DNA of 60,484 nucleotides from an uncultured virus (IMG/VR IMGVR_UViG_3300020337_000002) (lineage: Duplodnaviria; Heunggongvirae; Uroviricota; Caudoviricetes): the IMG/VR virus record IMGVR_UViG_3300020337_000002, one strand, 5' to 3'. This document shows, piece after piece, positions 1 to 10,728 of this stretch. A program made the position numbers and the translations under genes. Within the stretch, counting starts at the first letter, position 1, and each line of letters starts with the position of its first letter. The notes under the pieces are model-generated. The model saw only the letters and a program-made list of their open reading frames with translations, made no database searches and was not told the origin of the DNA.

Positions 1-2897
1 GTTCAGGTTCAGGTGTTGAAGTTGATAACGATTTCATTGAACAACGTAACGCAAGTATTTCAGAAATAAGAATGCTTGATCCAGGTGATTCAAGTTTACC
101 TGGAGGTAGAGGACACTTAACAGGTATAAGAAACTCTGCACAAAGCGGAACTAACCTTAATATTAAGATTGCACAATCAGATGCTGAAACTACTCCTGCA
201 AAATATGTAGGTAGAGCAATACTTACAGTAAGTAATATTTCAGCGGCAGATCCAACTAGAGTAGGTAATCCATTAGATGCACCTTACACTTATACGGGTG
301 TTACAGGAACTTCAAACAATCCGTTTGCAACTACATCACTAATGACGTTTACTGTTGTTATTGATAACACAGGCGCCGCGTCAGTTACAGTAACCAATGG
401 CGGTGACAGTCATAGAATTGGAGATACAATTACAATCTTAGATTCAGCATTAGGTAACTTTGGAGCGGCAAACTTAACATTCCAAGTTGGAACAATAAGT
501 GAATCAATGCTAATCTTTATTGAAGAAGGTAAAGGTGTTGGACAATATGCAATCATAGATGAATACTTTATAACTACTAAACAAATTAACTGTATTAGAC
601 CATCAGATGGTAAACGTGGTTGGGATCATATTGTTCCAGGTACTGCTATTGAAACAAGTTTAGATGGTTCAACAACTTATAGAATTGAACCAAGAATTGA
701 AGTTGCAAAACCAACTTATGCAACAGCATCAAACAACACAAATATTACAGACACATGGCAACCAGTTGCTGGTGGTGTTGGAACTACTATGGTAGCCTTT
801 CCGGCAACACATTCCAACAAAGCACTTTACAGTGACGCAGGAGGATCAAGTTGGTCAGCGGCAATAGTTGATAACGATTTTGTAAGACCAACGTGTATGG
901 TAAAATGTAAAGGTAAATTAAAATACTTTATTGCATTAGGTAATGGAACTAAAGCTAACTTATCAACAGCAGGTACAGCCTGGGGTTCAACAGCTTATAA
1001 TATTACTCAACGTCCTTGGGTTGATATTGCAGAAGGACCTTTTAGTGCTACATCACATACTGTCTATGCAATAGCAGACGATTCAGATGAATTAGCAAAA
1101 TCAACGACAGACGGAACATCATGGACTTATGTAAGTTCAGGTATGGGAACAGGACTAAAACATATTAGATACGGTAACGGTAAATGGATGGCTGTTAAAG
1201 CAGACGGTACCGCTTACGAAAGTATTGATAACGGAACAACTTGGACATCAACAACAAGAGTTTGTCCAACAACTTATAACGTAACAGACTTTGCATACGG
1301 TAATGGATTATTTGTAGCGGCAGTAAAACCAAACGGAACTGCTTCGTTTCCATTTAATCCTGCAACACCGTCAACAGCAATTAGTGATGGAACGTCAGCA
1401 ACTACAATGACGTTTGGTTTACCTTCAACTTTTTATATTAGTGATACTAATTCTTCAGAAGGTGCCAACAATGCAACTTGGAGACCAGTAGCAAGTTCAG
1501 GTATTATTAATGAACTTGAATGGGGATTAGATTATAGCGATGGTGTTTTCTGTGCAGTTGATACAGCAGGAAATATAAGAACTTCAGATGGTGGCGATGT
1601 TTGGGTAACACAAAGTCAAATTACTCCTCCAGCTGGTGCGTTTAGACCAAAAGTAAATCCAATGACAGGTGGTGCAGGACCTAAGTTCTTAGTTATAGAT
1701 TCAAGTTCTACTGCAACTGTTAACAGTATTAAGACAGGTGCTCAAGCACAAATGAGAGCAACCACAGACACAGGTAGAATTACAAAATTTGTAATGACAG
1801 AAACTGGATCAGGATATGACTCAGCTAACCCACCTGTGATACATATTCACGATACACAGAAAACACAAGAAGCTAACATTCAAGTTAGAATAAAAGATAG
1901 AGTACTTGGACAACCAATATTTAAAAACAGAGGTGCATTGTATACTAAATTTAATGCAGTAACAATCGTAGGTAACGGATTTATTGACAAGTATCAAACT
2001 GGTGGCGAAGTAATTGTTGACAACTTAACACTATTACCAAGTCCAGGAGATAACTTAAGATTTCCAAGTATCACAGATATCATTTATAAAATTGGAACAG
2101 CAACAGTTATATCAGGAACTGCTCCAAACATTAGAGCAAAAATTAGTATTGCACCAACAATGGGAATTCAAGAATCTCCAGAGCATAATGAAAGTTTAAC
2201 TATTAGACAAAATTACAGTCAGGTTAGATTGACAGGACATGACTTCCTAGATATTGGTACAGGAAACTTTGCAGAAACTAGCTATCCATTACTTTACACA
2301 GAAGGTTACGGTTCAGTAAACGAACCACAACAACCACAAGAAACACAAGAGTACAATGGAGGTAGAGTATTCTACGCATCCACTGACCAAGATGGTAACT
2401 TTAGAGTTGGTGAACTATTTAAAGTTGAACAGAGTACAGGTATTGTTACAATTAACGCATCACAGTTTGATCTAGCAGGACTAGATGAATTAAGATTGGG
2501 AGCGTTTATACTTGGTGGGACAAACGCTGTAATTAGAGAATTTTCTAAGGAACAAACATTTGTTGCTAACAGTAATAGTATTGTTCCAACACAAAGGGCC
2601 GTTGCCGCATATATCCAAAGTAGGATATCAGGTGGTGGATCCAACATTGCCGCAAACGCACTAACGGCAGGAACTTGTAAATTTAGTCAGATTAACCACT
2701 TATCAAACACAGGTGGATTACCGATTAACATTCCTGTGGCCTTACACGCCACTAAAATGCCAGGTGGAACTATGGTTGCACAGGCATTTAACAATATTAA
2801 CAATGATATGGGTGCTATGATGGATTCATTTGATGATCTAGAAGGATCAGATGGTTACTATAACGATAGTGGAAATGGTTATGGGGGAACGCAATAA
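1..2897 (+). CDS. Large virion structural/fibre protein, 5'-truncated; paralogue of the next gene
   Basis: Frame is open from base 3 (SGSGVEVDNDFIEQRN...), upstream of the tracked Met at 72. Contains Asp-box/propeller-like repeats (S.D.G.TW). C-terminal YSQVRLTGHDFLDIGTG and STDQDGNFRVG blocks are shared with 2931..9245. Confidence 0.75.
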   Translation, partial: SGSGVEVDNDFIEQRNASISEIRMLDPGDSSLPGGRGHLTGIRNSAQSGTNLNIKIAQSDAETTPAKYVGRAILTVSNISAADPTRVGNPLDAPYTYTGVTGTSNNPFATTSLMTFTVVIDNTGAASVTVTNGGDSHRIGDTITILDSALGNFGAANLTFQVGTISESMLIFIEEGKGVGQYAIIDEYFITTKQINCIRPSDGKRGWDHIVPGTAIETSLDGSTTYRIEPRIEVAKPTYATASNNTNITDTWQPVAGGVGTTMVAFPATHSNKALYSDAGGSSWSAAIVDNDFVRPTCMVKCKGKLKYFIALGNGTKANLSTAGTAWGSTAYNITQRPWVDIAEGPFSATSHTVYAIADDSDELAKSTTDGTSWTYVSSGMGTGLKHIRYGNGKWMAVKADGTAYESIDNGTTWTSTTRVCPTTYNVTDFAYGNGLFVAAVKPNGTASFPFNPATPSTAISDGTSATTMTFGLPSTFYISDTNSSEGANNATWRPVASSGIINELEWGLDYSDGVFCAVDTAGNIRTSDGGDVWVTQSQITPPAGAFRPKVNPMTGGAGPKFLVIDSSSTATVNSIKTGAQAQMRATTDTGRITKFVMTETGSGYDSANPPVIHIHDTQKTQEANIQVRIKDRVLGQPIFKNRGALYTKFNAVTIVGNGFIDKYQTGGEVIVDNLTLLPSPGDNLRFPSITDIIYKIGTATVISGTAPNIRAKISIAPTMGIQESPEHNESLTIRQNYSQVRLTGHDFLDIGTGNFAETSYPLLYTEGYGSVNEPQQPQETQEYNGGRVFYASTDQDGNFRVGELFKVEQSTGIVTINASQFDLAGLDELRLGAFILGGTNAVIREFSKEQTFVANSNSIVPTQRAVAAYIQSRISGGGSNIAANALTAGTCKFSQINHLSNTGGLPINIPVALHATKMPGGTMVAQAFNNINNDMGAMMDSFDDLEGSDGYYNDSGNGYGGTQ

Positions 2898-2898
2898 T

Positions 2899-2906
2899 GA
2901 TAAATA
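2899..2906 (+). promoter_or_regulatory. T4-type late promoter variant (GATAAATA)
   Basis: Matches the TATAAATA family; intergenic, upstream of the 2104-aa gene. Confidence 0.65.
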
Positions 2907-2930
2907 ACAGTAATAAGGATTTAAAACACA

Positions 2931-5900
2931 ATGGCTGAGTTTAAACTAGGTAGAATTAGATTTGTATGGAAAGGCGCTTGGGCGGCGGCTACCTCATATT
3001 ATAAAGACGATATCATCAGACACGGTGGTAGAACTTACTATTGTGCAGTAGGACACACAGCCTCTACATTATTCACAACAGACGAAGCTACAAAATGGAA
3101 TTTATTTGCTGATGGTCAATCATGGCAAGGTGACTGGGTAGCAGGAACCTACTACAAACAGAACGATATTGTCAAATATGGTGGTTATCTATATGTTGCC
3201 AACACGGCTCACACAGCAGAAGCTGATGGTGGAAGTGCTGGTAAACTAGAAACTGATCAAGCTAAATGGGATTTATTCGCAGAAGGCTTTGATTGGAAAA
3301 ATATATGGACAGTAGCTACACAATATAAAGTAAATGATTTAGTTAAGTATGGTGGAACAGTTTATCTTTGTACAACTGCACATACTTCAAGTGCAACTTT
3401 TGCCTCAGACGCAGATGGACTAGAAGCAGATCAAGCCAAGTGGGATGTCTTTTCAAAAGGCATAGACTGGAAAACAGATTGGACAGTTGCAACAAAATAC
3501 AGAGTTAACGATACAGTACGTTACGGTGGACAACTTTATATTTGTAACGAAGGACACTTATCATCAGCAACAGTAAGTTTAGGACTTGAAGCTGATCAAA
3601 GTAAATGGGATTACGCACACAAAGGTATTGAATATAAATCAGTACACGCAACAGCAACAAGATATAAAGTTAATGACGTTGTTAAGTATGGTGGCGGTTT
3701 ATGGATTGCTACAAGAGAACACACATCAGGTGGAACTAACCTAGCAGATGACAATGCAGTAACAGGAGTTGCGGCAACTGTAAATTCAATTAGTGCCGCA
3801 GATGCAACAAGAACAGCAGGAACTTACAAAGACGTTGGAGGTTCAAGTGGTGGATCAGGTACAGGACAAAGATTTACAATCGTAATTGATGGTTCAGGTG
3901 CGGCAAGTGTTACAATAACTAATGGTGGTTCAGGACACTCAGCATCAGATACAATTACAGTAACGCCAGGATTTATTGGAGGCACAGGAGCTTCTTTAAC
4001 TTTTAATATTGCAACAGTAACACAAACAACTAACTGGTCACAATTTGTTCCAGGATTAGAGTTTGAAGATTCATGGGCAAGTACAACAAGTTATCAACCA
4101 GGTGACTTTGTAACTTACGGTGGTTACTCTTATATTGCAAAAACAAATCATACAAATGTTGTTCCATATAACAATGCGGCAACTTGGGATTTATTTACAA
4201 CAGGATTTAGTTTAAAAGGTGACTATGCAAATGCTACAGCGGCAGTTAACGGTACAACTTCAAACTCAACTGCATTAGTAGTTGACGGCAACGTTGGCAC
4301 TATTGTTCAAGGCATGGTTGTAACTGGAACAGGTGTTTCAGGTGTAGTTACAGTAACAACAGTTACAGATCAAAATAATTTAGTATTAAGTTCAGCACAA
4401 AGTTTAACTAACGATGTTGCTTTATCTTTCAACACAGCATACAAAACAGGTGATGTTGTTAGAGTTGGTGGTTACACTTATCTTGCTATAGCAGATACAA
4501 CAGGTAACAGACCACCAAATGCAAGTTACTGGGAAAAACTTAACGAAGGTATTAACTGGAAAAATACTTGGACTAACGGAACTTACTATGATGTAGGTGA
4601 TGCTGTTAGAGGTATTAACAATGTTAACTCATATATTTGTGTTACGGCACACACAGCTGATCAAGTTTCTGCACAAAACAGACCAGATCAAGATGTTGAT
4701 GGTAGCGAATGGAAATTAATTTCAGGTGGTGCTGAATCAGGCAACTTAACAACTGCTGGTGATTTAGTTTACTACGGTGGATCAGGTCCAACTAGATTAC
4801 CAATTGGTATTGCAGGACAGGTATTAAAAGTAAATGACGCCGGTAATGCTCCTGAATGGAGTTACTTTGGTCAAGTAGATCAAGTTTACTACGTAGGTAA
4901 AGGTGGCGGAGATTATGCGGCACCAGGATACGGTGTTACTATTGACAAACCTTGGAAAACTATTAGACACGGACTACGTGAAATTAAGATGGGTCCAAGA
5001 AATCCAATCGTAGCAGATATTTTAATTAGAAATAAACAGTTTATACAAGTTGAAGCAGGTAAAGAATATCCAGCTTACCAAATTGCAAACGCAGGTGGTA
5101 GTGGTATATGGAATGGCTTTAGTTTTGATAATGCAAAATGTCAAAGAGACATTGGATTAATCACAGATGCAATTATTTGGGATTTGAAACATGGTGGTAA
5201 CGAACGTTCAAGAGAGATGGCACAGTCATACTTTAGTACAGCAGGTGCTAGTTACGTTTCAGGACAAGAAGCAAATACAGTAGAAGTTATTAATTACGCA
5301 AACACAATGATGCAAAGAATTGTACAGAACTTAACTGTTACAACTAACTATCAAGCACTAAACTCTGCGTCAAATGTTGTTACACAATACACTTCAGCAT
5401 TGACTCCAGAATCAGGTGTTACTACACACATAGCAACTTTAATTGGAATCATTACAGAAGTTATTACAGCAGGAAACTTAACAGGTTTAGATGCTAAAAT
5501 TAAACCAAACACAACATTGTTTGTTAAAACAGGACAATACACAGAAGTACTTCCGTTGATTGTTCCAGCGGATTGTGCCGTTGTTGGTGACGAATTACGT
5601 TCAACTGATATTGGATTATACGCAACAGGTACTACACTAGCCAATGATGCTACACTTACAATGGCTTCATTAACTAGATTAAAAGCTATCATGAGTGATT
5701 TAATTTTAAATAATGCAATTACAAAAACACCAGCAGGTGCAATGGTTAAAGTTGATACATTTGGTGCCGCTGATGCAAGTAGAACAGCAGGAACATATAC
5801 AGGTGTAGCAGGTGCAAGTGCAGGTTCAGGTACAGTAGGAACATTTAACGTTACTGTTGATGCTTCAACTGGTAATGTTTCAAACGTAGATATTATAACA

Positions 5901-8900
5901 GGTGGATCAGGACACGCAGTTAACGACACTATTACTATTCAAGATAGTGCATTAGGTGGCGGTGGTGCGGCTAACTTTACATTTGATGTTGCTGAAATTG
6001 CCACAGGTAATACACAAACACAAAATACAAACCATCCGGTAGGAGATGCAACAGCAGTTACATCTACAACTAATTTAATTGATGATATTAGTAACAAAAT
6101 TAATTATGGTGTAAATGGTGCAGGTTCAGATGTTACGGTAACAGGGCAGACTACAACAAATGCTAGAGCAGGTGATGTATATGCTAGAGGAAGAATTTAT
6201 GCTAACTTAGACTTTTTACTTTATGAAGGTCAAGAATATATTAAAGCAAACAATACAAAAATGTATATGGAGAAAGAAGCAACTTATGGTTCTACTCACG
6301 ATGCAAAATGTAGAGATGACTTAAAACGTTACATAGACGCAATCCTTTGGGATTTAGAAAACTATGGAAACTATATGTCCGTACTAGCGGCAAGATACTT
6401 AATAAATGCTATTAACGGATCAACTACAGAAGATATGTTCTACATGGAAAATGGTACTGGTTTAAGAAACTGTACTGTTAGAGGATTAACAGGAACATTA
6501 GGTAGTGCAAACTCATATGGAACTAAACGTCCAACAGCAGGTGCTTTTGTTTCACTTAACCCAAGTTGGGGACCAGCAGACACAAGAGCTTGGATATCAA
6601 CACGTTCACCATACGTACAAAACGTAACAACTTTTGGTACAAAATGTATTGGAATGAAAGTTGATGGCGATATACACGCAGGTGGTAACGATTCTATCGT
6701 TGCTAACGACTTTACACAAATTTTAGATCAAGGTATTGGTGCTTGGGTAACTAACCTAGGTAGAGCAGAGCTTGTTTCCGTGTTCTCATACTACGGACAC
6801 ATTGGATACCTTTCAGAAAACGGCGGAAAAATTAGAGGAACTAATGGTAACTCATCATATGGTGACTTTGGTTGTGTTGCAGAAGGTGTTGACTTAACTG
6901 AAACACCAATTGAAGCTTTCGTTGATAACAGATCATTTGATGCACTAATAGGTGCAACTATAACAGATAACAATAATATTATTGCACTAGAATACCAGAA
7001 CGCAGGAAGAGATTACAACGTATCTACAACAGCATTTAGTTTAAGTGGAGACGGTTATGGTGTTACAGGTTTAACTCCAGTTATTAATACTGGTGGCTTA
7101 ATGGAAGTTAGAATGACAGGTGATAGCACAACATTTGGTGGTGCTGATTACAAATTTGCAACTAACACTCCACAGGCAGGTACAGCAACACAGATTACTT
7201 TATCCAACACTGATACAGCCTTAAGTGCGGCGTATGTTGGAATGGCTGTATTCATTACAGGCGGTAAGGGTGCTGGACAATATGGTTATATTGACACATA
7301 CAACGCAGGTACAAAAGTTGCGACAATTAAAAAATATTCAGATAACACAGCAGGTTGGAATCAGATTGTAAGTGGTAGAGCTATTGAAAGTGCTTTAGAC
7401 AACACAACAGTTTATAGTGTTGAGCCTAGAGTTAACGTAACTGCTCCACAAAACGATGGATCAACTGCGGTAGAAACTGCATTATGTAGAGCCAAAGTTG
7501 CAGATGGAAAAATTAGTGAAGTAAGAATTATCCATCCAGGTAAATCTTACACAGCGGCTCCAACAGTAACATTTACAGATCCAAACAATACAGCAGATGC
7601 TCCATTAGAAACATTTATTGGAGACGGTGTATTAGCTCAACCTTCATTTACTTCAAGAGGTACAGGCTTTACAACTTTAAGTGCTACAGTGACAGACGCA
7701 GGTACAGTAAAAGATATTACAGGTGTTAGCTATACTGCTAATCCTTATGCAAAAGTATTGTTAACTGCAAACAAAGAATATATTAAAGACGAAACAGTTG
7801 CTTGGATTAATAGCCAAGTTACTAATAACCCAACATCAACTACTTGGGGTGGATTTATTTACGATCAAGTTAAGTGTGAAAGAGACACAGGGTTAATTAT
7901 TGATGCTATGTTACACGATCTTGAATTTGGTGGAACTAGAGAAACAATTAAAGCGGCTAAGGCTTATTGGATTGGAACACAATCTCAAGTACTTGGACAA
8001 CAAACACAAACAGTATTGTCATTGTTACAAACAAAAGTAATTATTAATGATTATGTAATGGATAATACTTCTTACAGTTCTTTACAGTCAGTAACTTCAC
8101 AAACTACAAACAGTAACAACGGTGAAGCGGCGGCACAAACTAAAGTTGCAGAATTATTTGATATTATTACAGAAGTAATTAACAACGGACTTGGTGCAGT
8201 TCCAACTAATGGTGGAACAGGTGTTGTTAATATCACAGTTGCAACACATAACATTTTAGAAAGAACTAAAATTAGAATTACAGAAGTTGGTGGTACAACA
8301 ACACTTAACTCAAACGAATATTATGTTAAAGTTGTTGATGCAAATACTTTACAACTTTATATTGATAAAGATTTATTATTCCCAGCAGTATTAACTACAG
8401 GATCAGCTTATAGTTCCGGTGGTAAAGTTACTTTTGGTGCTGGTTACAGAGATGCAAAACAGTCAGGAAAATATGTACAGGTAGAAGGTATGTTAAGTGT
8501 ACCACAAGCTGGAGCAAACGTTGTATTCTCAAGTTTACCAAGTAAATTTTTCAAACTTGTTAGTGTAACAAACTTAACAGGTTCAGGACCATATGCGGCA
8601 TTATTACAAGTTTCGCCAGATGTGGCAATTGACGAATCACCAGTACATGGTGACAAAGTTGAAATGAGAATTAGATATTCACAGGTACGTTTAACAGGAC
8701 ATGACTTCCTAGATATTGGTACAGGTGGATTTACTACAACAAATTATCCTGGAACACCAACTATACCATCAGATCAAAATGATGAAGCAGTTGTTGGTGG
8801 TGGTGGAAGAGTGTTCTTTACATCAACAGACCAAGATGGTAACTTTAGAGTTGGTGGATTGTTCAACGTTGAACAGGCAACTGGTATTGCTACCCTAAAT

Positions 8901-9245
8901 GCTGATGCATTTAGTATTTCAGGATTACAAGAACTACAGCTTGGTAGCGTTGCACTTGGTGGTACGGGTGCTACAATTAACGAGTTTAGTACAGACGGTA
9001 CATTTACAGCAAATAGTGACAGCATTGTCCCAACACAGAAGGCAATTAAGACATATATTACCTCCCAAATTGGTGGTGGTGCTTCAGAATTGAACGTAAA
9101 TACAGTCACAGCAGGTGTAGTACATATTAGCGGAAACACAATCACAACAACGACTGCGGTTCCGATAAATATAACTGCAACTATGAACTTTACTGGTGGT
9201 ATAAGTGGATCACCGGTAGCGATGCAACAATTTATATTGAGTTAA
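2931..9245 (+). CDS. Giant modular virion structural/fibre protein (2104 aa)
   Basis: N-terminal tandem W..(A/G)T.Y..ND.V.YGG..Y repeats resembling CBM5/12 carbohydrate-binding modules; three helical KCxRD-type domains; C-terminus shared with the upstream gene. Confidence 0.8.
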   Translation: MAEFKLGRIRFVWKGAWAAATSYYKDDIIRHGGRTYYCAVGHTASTLFTTDEATKWNLFADGQSWQGDWVAGTYYKQNDIVKYGGYLYVANTAHTAEADGGSAGKLETDQAKWDLFAEGFDWKNIWTVATQYKVNDLVKYGGTVYLCTTAHTSSATFASDADGLEADQAKWDVFSKGIDWKTDWTVATKYRVNDTVRYGGQLYICNEGHLSSATVSLGLEADQSKWDYAHKGIEYKSVHATATRYKVNDVVKYGGGLWIATREHTSGGTNLADDNAVTGVAATVNSISAADATRTAGTYKDVGGSSGGSGTGQRFTIVIDGSGAASVTITNGGSGHSASDTITVTPGFIGGTGASLTFNIATVTQTTNWSQFVPGLEFEDSWASTTSYQPGDFVTYGGYSYIAKTNHTNVVPYNNAATWDLFTTGFSLKGDYANATAAVNGTTSNSTALVVDGNVGTIVQGMVVTGTGVSGVVTVTTVTDQNNLVLSSAQSLTNDVALSFNTAYKTGDVVRVGGYTYLAIADTTGNRPPNASYWEKLNEGINWKNTWTNGTYYDVGDAVRGINNVNSYICVTAHTADQVSAQNRPDQDVDGSEWKLISGGAESGNLTTAGDLVYYGGSGPTRLPIGIAGQVLKVNDAGNAPEWSYFGQVDQVYYVGKGGGDYAAPGYGVTIDKPWKTIRHGLREIKMGPRNPIVADILIRNKQFIQVEAGKEYPAYQIANAGGSGIWNGFSFDNAKCQRDIGLITDAIIWDLKHGGNERSREMAQSYFSTAGASYVSGQEANTVEVINYANTMMQRIVQNLTVTTNYQALNSASNVVTQYTSALTPESGVTTHIATLIGIITEVITAGNLTGLDAKIKPNTTLFVKTGQYTEVLPLIVPADCAVVGDELRSTDIGLYATGTTLANDATLTMASLTRLKAIMSDLILNNAITKTPAGAMVKVDTFGAADASRTAGTYTGVAGASAGSGTVGTFNVTVDASTGNVSNVDIITGGSGHAVNDTITIQDSALGGGGAANFTFDVAEIATGNTQTQNTNHPVGDATAVTSTTNLIDDISNKINYGVNGAGSDVTVTGQTTTNARAGDVYARGRIYANLDFLLYEGQEYIKANNTKMYMEKEATYGSTHDAKCRDDLKRYIDAILWDLENYGNYMSVLAARYLINAINGSTTEDMFYMENGTGLRNCTVRGLTGTLGSANSYGTKRPTAGAFVSLNPSWGPADTRAWISTRSPYVQNVTTFGTKCIGMKVDGDIHAGGNDSIVANDFTQILDQGIGAWVTNLGRAELVSVFSYYGHIGYLSENGGKIRGTNGNSSYGDFGCVAEGVDLTETPIEAFVDNRSFDALIGATITDNNNIIALEYQNAGRDYNVSTTAFSLSGDGYGVTGLTPVINTGGLMEVRMTGDSTTFGGADYKFATNTPQAGTATQITLSNTDTALSAAYVGMAVFITGGKGAGQYGYIDTYNAGTKVATIKKYSDNTAGWNQIVSGRAIESALDNTTVYSVEPRVNVTAPQNDGSTAVETALCRAKVADGKISEVRIIHPGKSYTAAPTVTFTDPNNTADAPLETFIGDGVLAQPSFTSRGTGFTTLSATVTDAGTVKDITGVSYTANPYAKVLLTANKEYIKDETVAWINSQVTNNPTSTTWGGFIYDQVKCERDTGLIIDAMLHDLEFGGTRETIKAAKAYWIGTQSQVLGQQTQTVLSLLQTKVIINDYVMDNTSYSSLQSVTSQTTNSNNGEAAAQTKVAELFDIITEVINNGLGAVPTNGGTGVVNITVATHNILERTKIRITEVGGTTTLNSNEYYVKVVDANTLQLYIDKDLLFPAVLTTGSAYSSGGKVTFGAGYRDAKQSGKYVQVEGMLSVPQAGANVVFSSLPSKFFKLVSVTNLTGSGPYAALLQVSPDVAIDESPVHGDKVEMRIRYSQVRLTGHDFLDIGTGGFTTTNYPGTPTIPSDQNDEAVVGGGGRVFFTSTDQDGNFRVGGLFNVEQATGIATLNADAFSISGLQELQLGSVALGGTGATINEFSTDGTFTANSDSIVPTQKAIKTYITSQIGGGASELNVNTVTAGVVHISGNTITTTTAVPINITATMNFTGGISGSPVAMQQFILS

Positions 9246-9257
9246 AGGAGAAACAAT

Positions 9258-9578
9258 ATGGCCACAGGAAGACTAGGACACGCAGATTTGGCGGCGGCTA
9301 CGAATACTTCTCTTTACACAGTACCAGCTAACAATTTCGCGATTGCTACTGTATCTGTATGTAACAGAGGTAACGCGGCTGTGTCAATTAGATTAGCGGT
9401 CGCAAGTGCTGGGTCACCAGCAAATAGCGAATACATCGAATATGACGTAGAGCTTTTACCCAAAGGGGTATTAGAAAGATCAGGAATTGCAATGGCGGCA
9501 GGGCAAATTCTGGTAGTATATAGTAGTGCCGCGAACGTAAGTGCAGTAGCGATGGGCATTGAAACATCAACTGCATAA
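9258..9578 (+). CDS. Small virion structural protein
   Basis: AAGGAG SD; TNTSLYTVPA beta-rich small protein; lies in the structural operon. Confidence 0.65.
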   Translation: MATGRLGHADLAAATNTSLYTVPANNFAIATVSVCNRGNAAVSIRLAVASAGSPANSEYIEYDVELLPKGVLERSGIAMAAGQILVVYSSAANVSAVAMGIETSTA

Positions 9579-9579
9579 T

Positions 9580-9587
9580 GATAAATA
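9580..9587 (+). promoter_or_regulatory. Late promoter variant (GATAAATA)
   Basis: Intergenic match; same TAATGATAAATA context as at 2899. Confidence 0.6.
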
Positions 9588-9604
9588 CATAAAAGGAAGA
9601 TAAA

Positions 9605-9937
9605 ATGGGAAGATATATATCAACAACTGGAACTGCAAGTAGTGTTATTCGTAACGTTTCTACTACTTTTTCCGCTACAGTTAATGATCGTATTCTTGCT
9701 AACTCATCAGGTGGAACGTTTACAATAACTCTTCCACTAAACAGCACTTTGCTTGTTAATGATGTAGTCCAAATCGTAGATGTAACAGGTTCGTTTAATA
9801 CAAATAACGTAACACTGGGCAGAAATGGTAGCAAAATACAGAATTTGACAGAGGATTTGGTGCTAGACATTAACAATATTGCTGTAACAATGATTTATAC
9901 TGGTTCAACTTACGGTTGGATCATTTCAGGAACGTAA
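9605..9937 (+). CDS. Small tail-fibre/baseplate-associated protein
   Basis: SSGGTFTITLP...DVVQIVD..GSFNTNNVTLGRNGSKI...YGW motif of the kind seen in T4-like fibre and baseplate attachment domains. Confidence 0.6.
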   Translation: MGRYISTTGTASSVIRNVSTTFSATVNDRILANSSGGTFTITLPLNSTLLVNDVVQIVDVTGSFNTNNVTLGRNGSKIQNLTEDLVLDINNIAVTMIYTGSTYGWIISGT

Positions 9938-9952
9938 GAGAGGAAACAAATT

Positions 9953-10693
9953 ATGGCAAACCTCAGAGTTTTGATGGGAGATCAGGTAGAAGGTGCTTCA
10001 GTACCTACAAAGTATTTCTATGTTTATAATAACAATAGAGGTATTAACAACGGTGGATGCTGTTGTAACTGGACAGTACCGGCTAACATTAAAAACGTAA
10101 CATTTGAATTATGGGGAGCAGGCGCGGCAGGAGCCGGGTCATGTTGCTGTATGTGGTCATCACAGAATGCGGGAGGCGGATCCTATGCAATTAGATCACA
10201 CTCAGTGGTCGCTGGATGTACTTTTACGATTTGTGCGGCAGGTAACGGAAACTGTTGCGAAAGAGATTGTTTGGGATACGATGGATCAACTAGTTTTGTA
10301 ACTGGTTCAGGTATTTCAACAACGTGTGCTAGAGGTGGATGTACAGGAAGAACAAACTGTCATGCTCACTATGCCTACAACTGTTGCTTTGGTTGTTCTT
10401 GTATTGCAGGAGGAACACAAGGTGACTTTAGATTAGGACACTCTAGAAACCAACCACTACAAACTCACTATTGTCACAACCAAATGTGGGATTATGTTAG
10501 TGGGCCACCAAAAGGTGGTATGACAAGACACGGCAAGGATTACTGCGGTAAGCCAATGACGTGTTCGGGTTGTGGATGGGGATGTGCCCAACCATATCCA
10601 GGAGATGCAGGATTCAACGGAACATCATGTGGTGGACCGTGTTGTTGGGGTCACTGGGGATCCGGAGGAATGGTCAAGGTATCATACAGTTAA
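9953..10693 (+). CDS. Cys/Gly-rich fibre-like protein, paralogue 1
   Basis: WTVPA...FELWGAG..G glycine-rich domain; 26 Cys in 246 aa by hand count, with CCC triplets. Confidence 0.7.
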   Translation: MANLRVLMGDQVEGASVPTKYFYVYNNNRGINNGGCCCNWTVPANIKNVTFELWGAGAAGAGSCCCMWSSQNAGGGSYAIRSHSVVAGCTFTICAAGNGNCCERDCLGYDGSTSFVTGSGISTTCARGGCTGRTNCHAHYAYNCCFGCSCIAGGTQGDFRLGHSRNQPLQTHYCHNQMWDYVSGPPKGGMTRHGKDYCGKPMTCSGCGWGCAQPYPGDAGFNGTSCGGPCCWGHWGSGGMVKVSYS

Positions 10694-10728
10694 GAAACAT
10701 ATGACTAAATACAAAGGAAGAGAATAAA

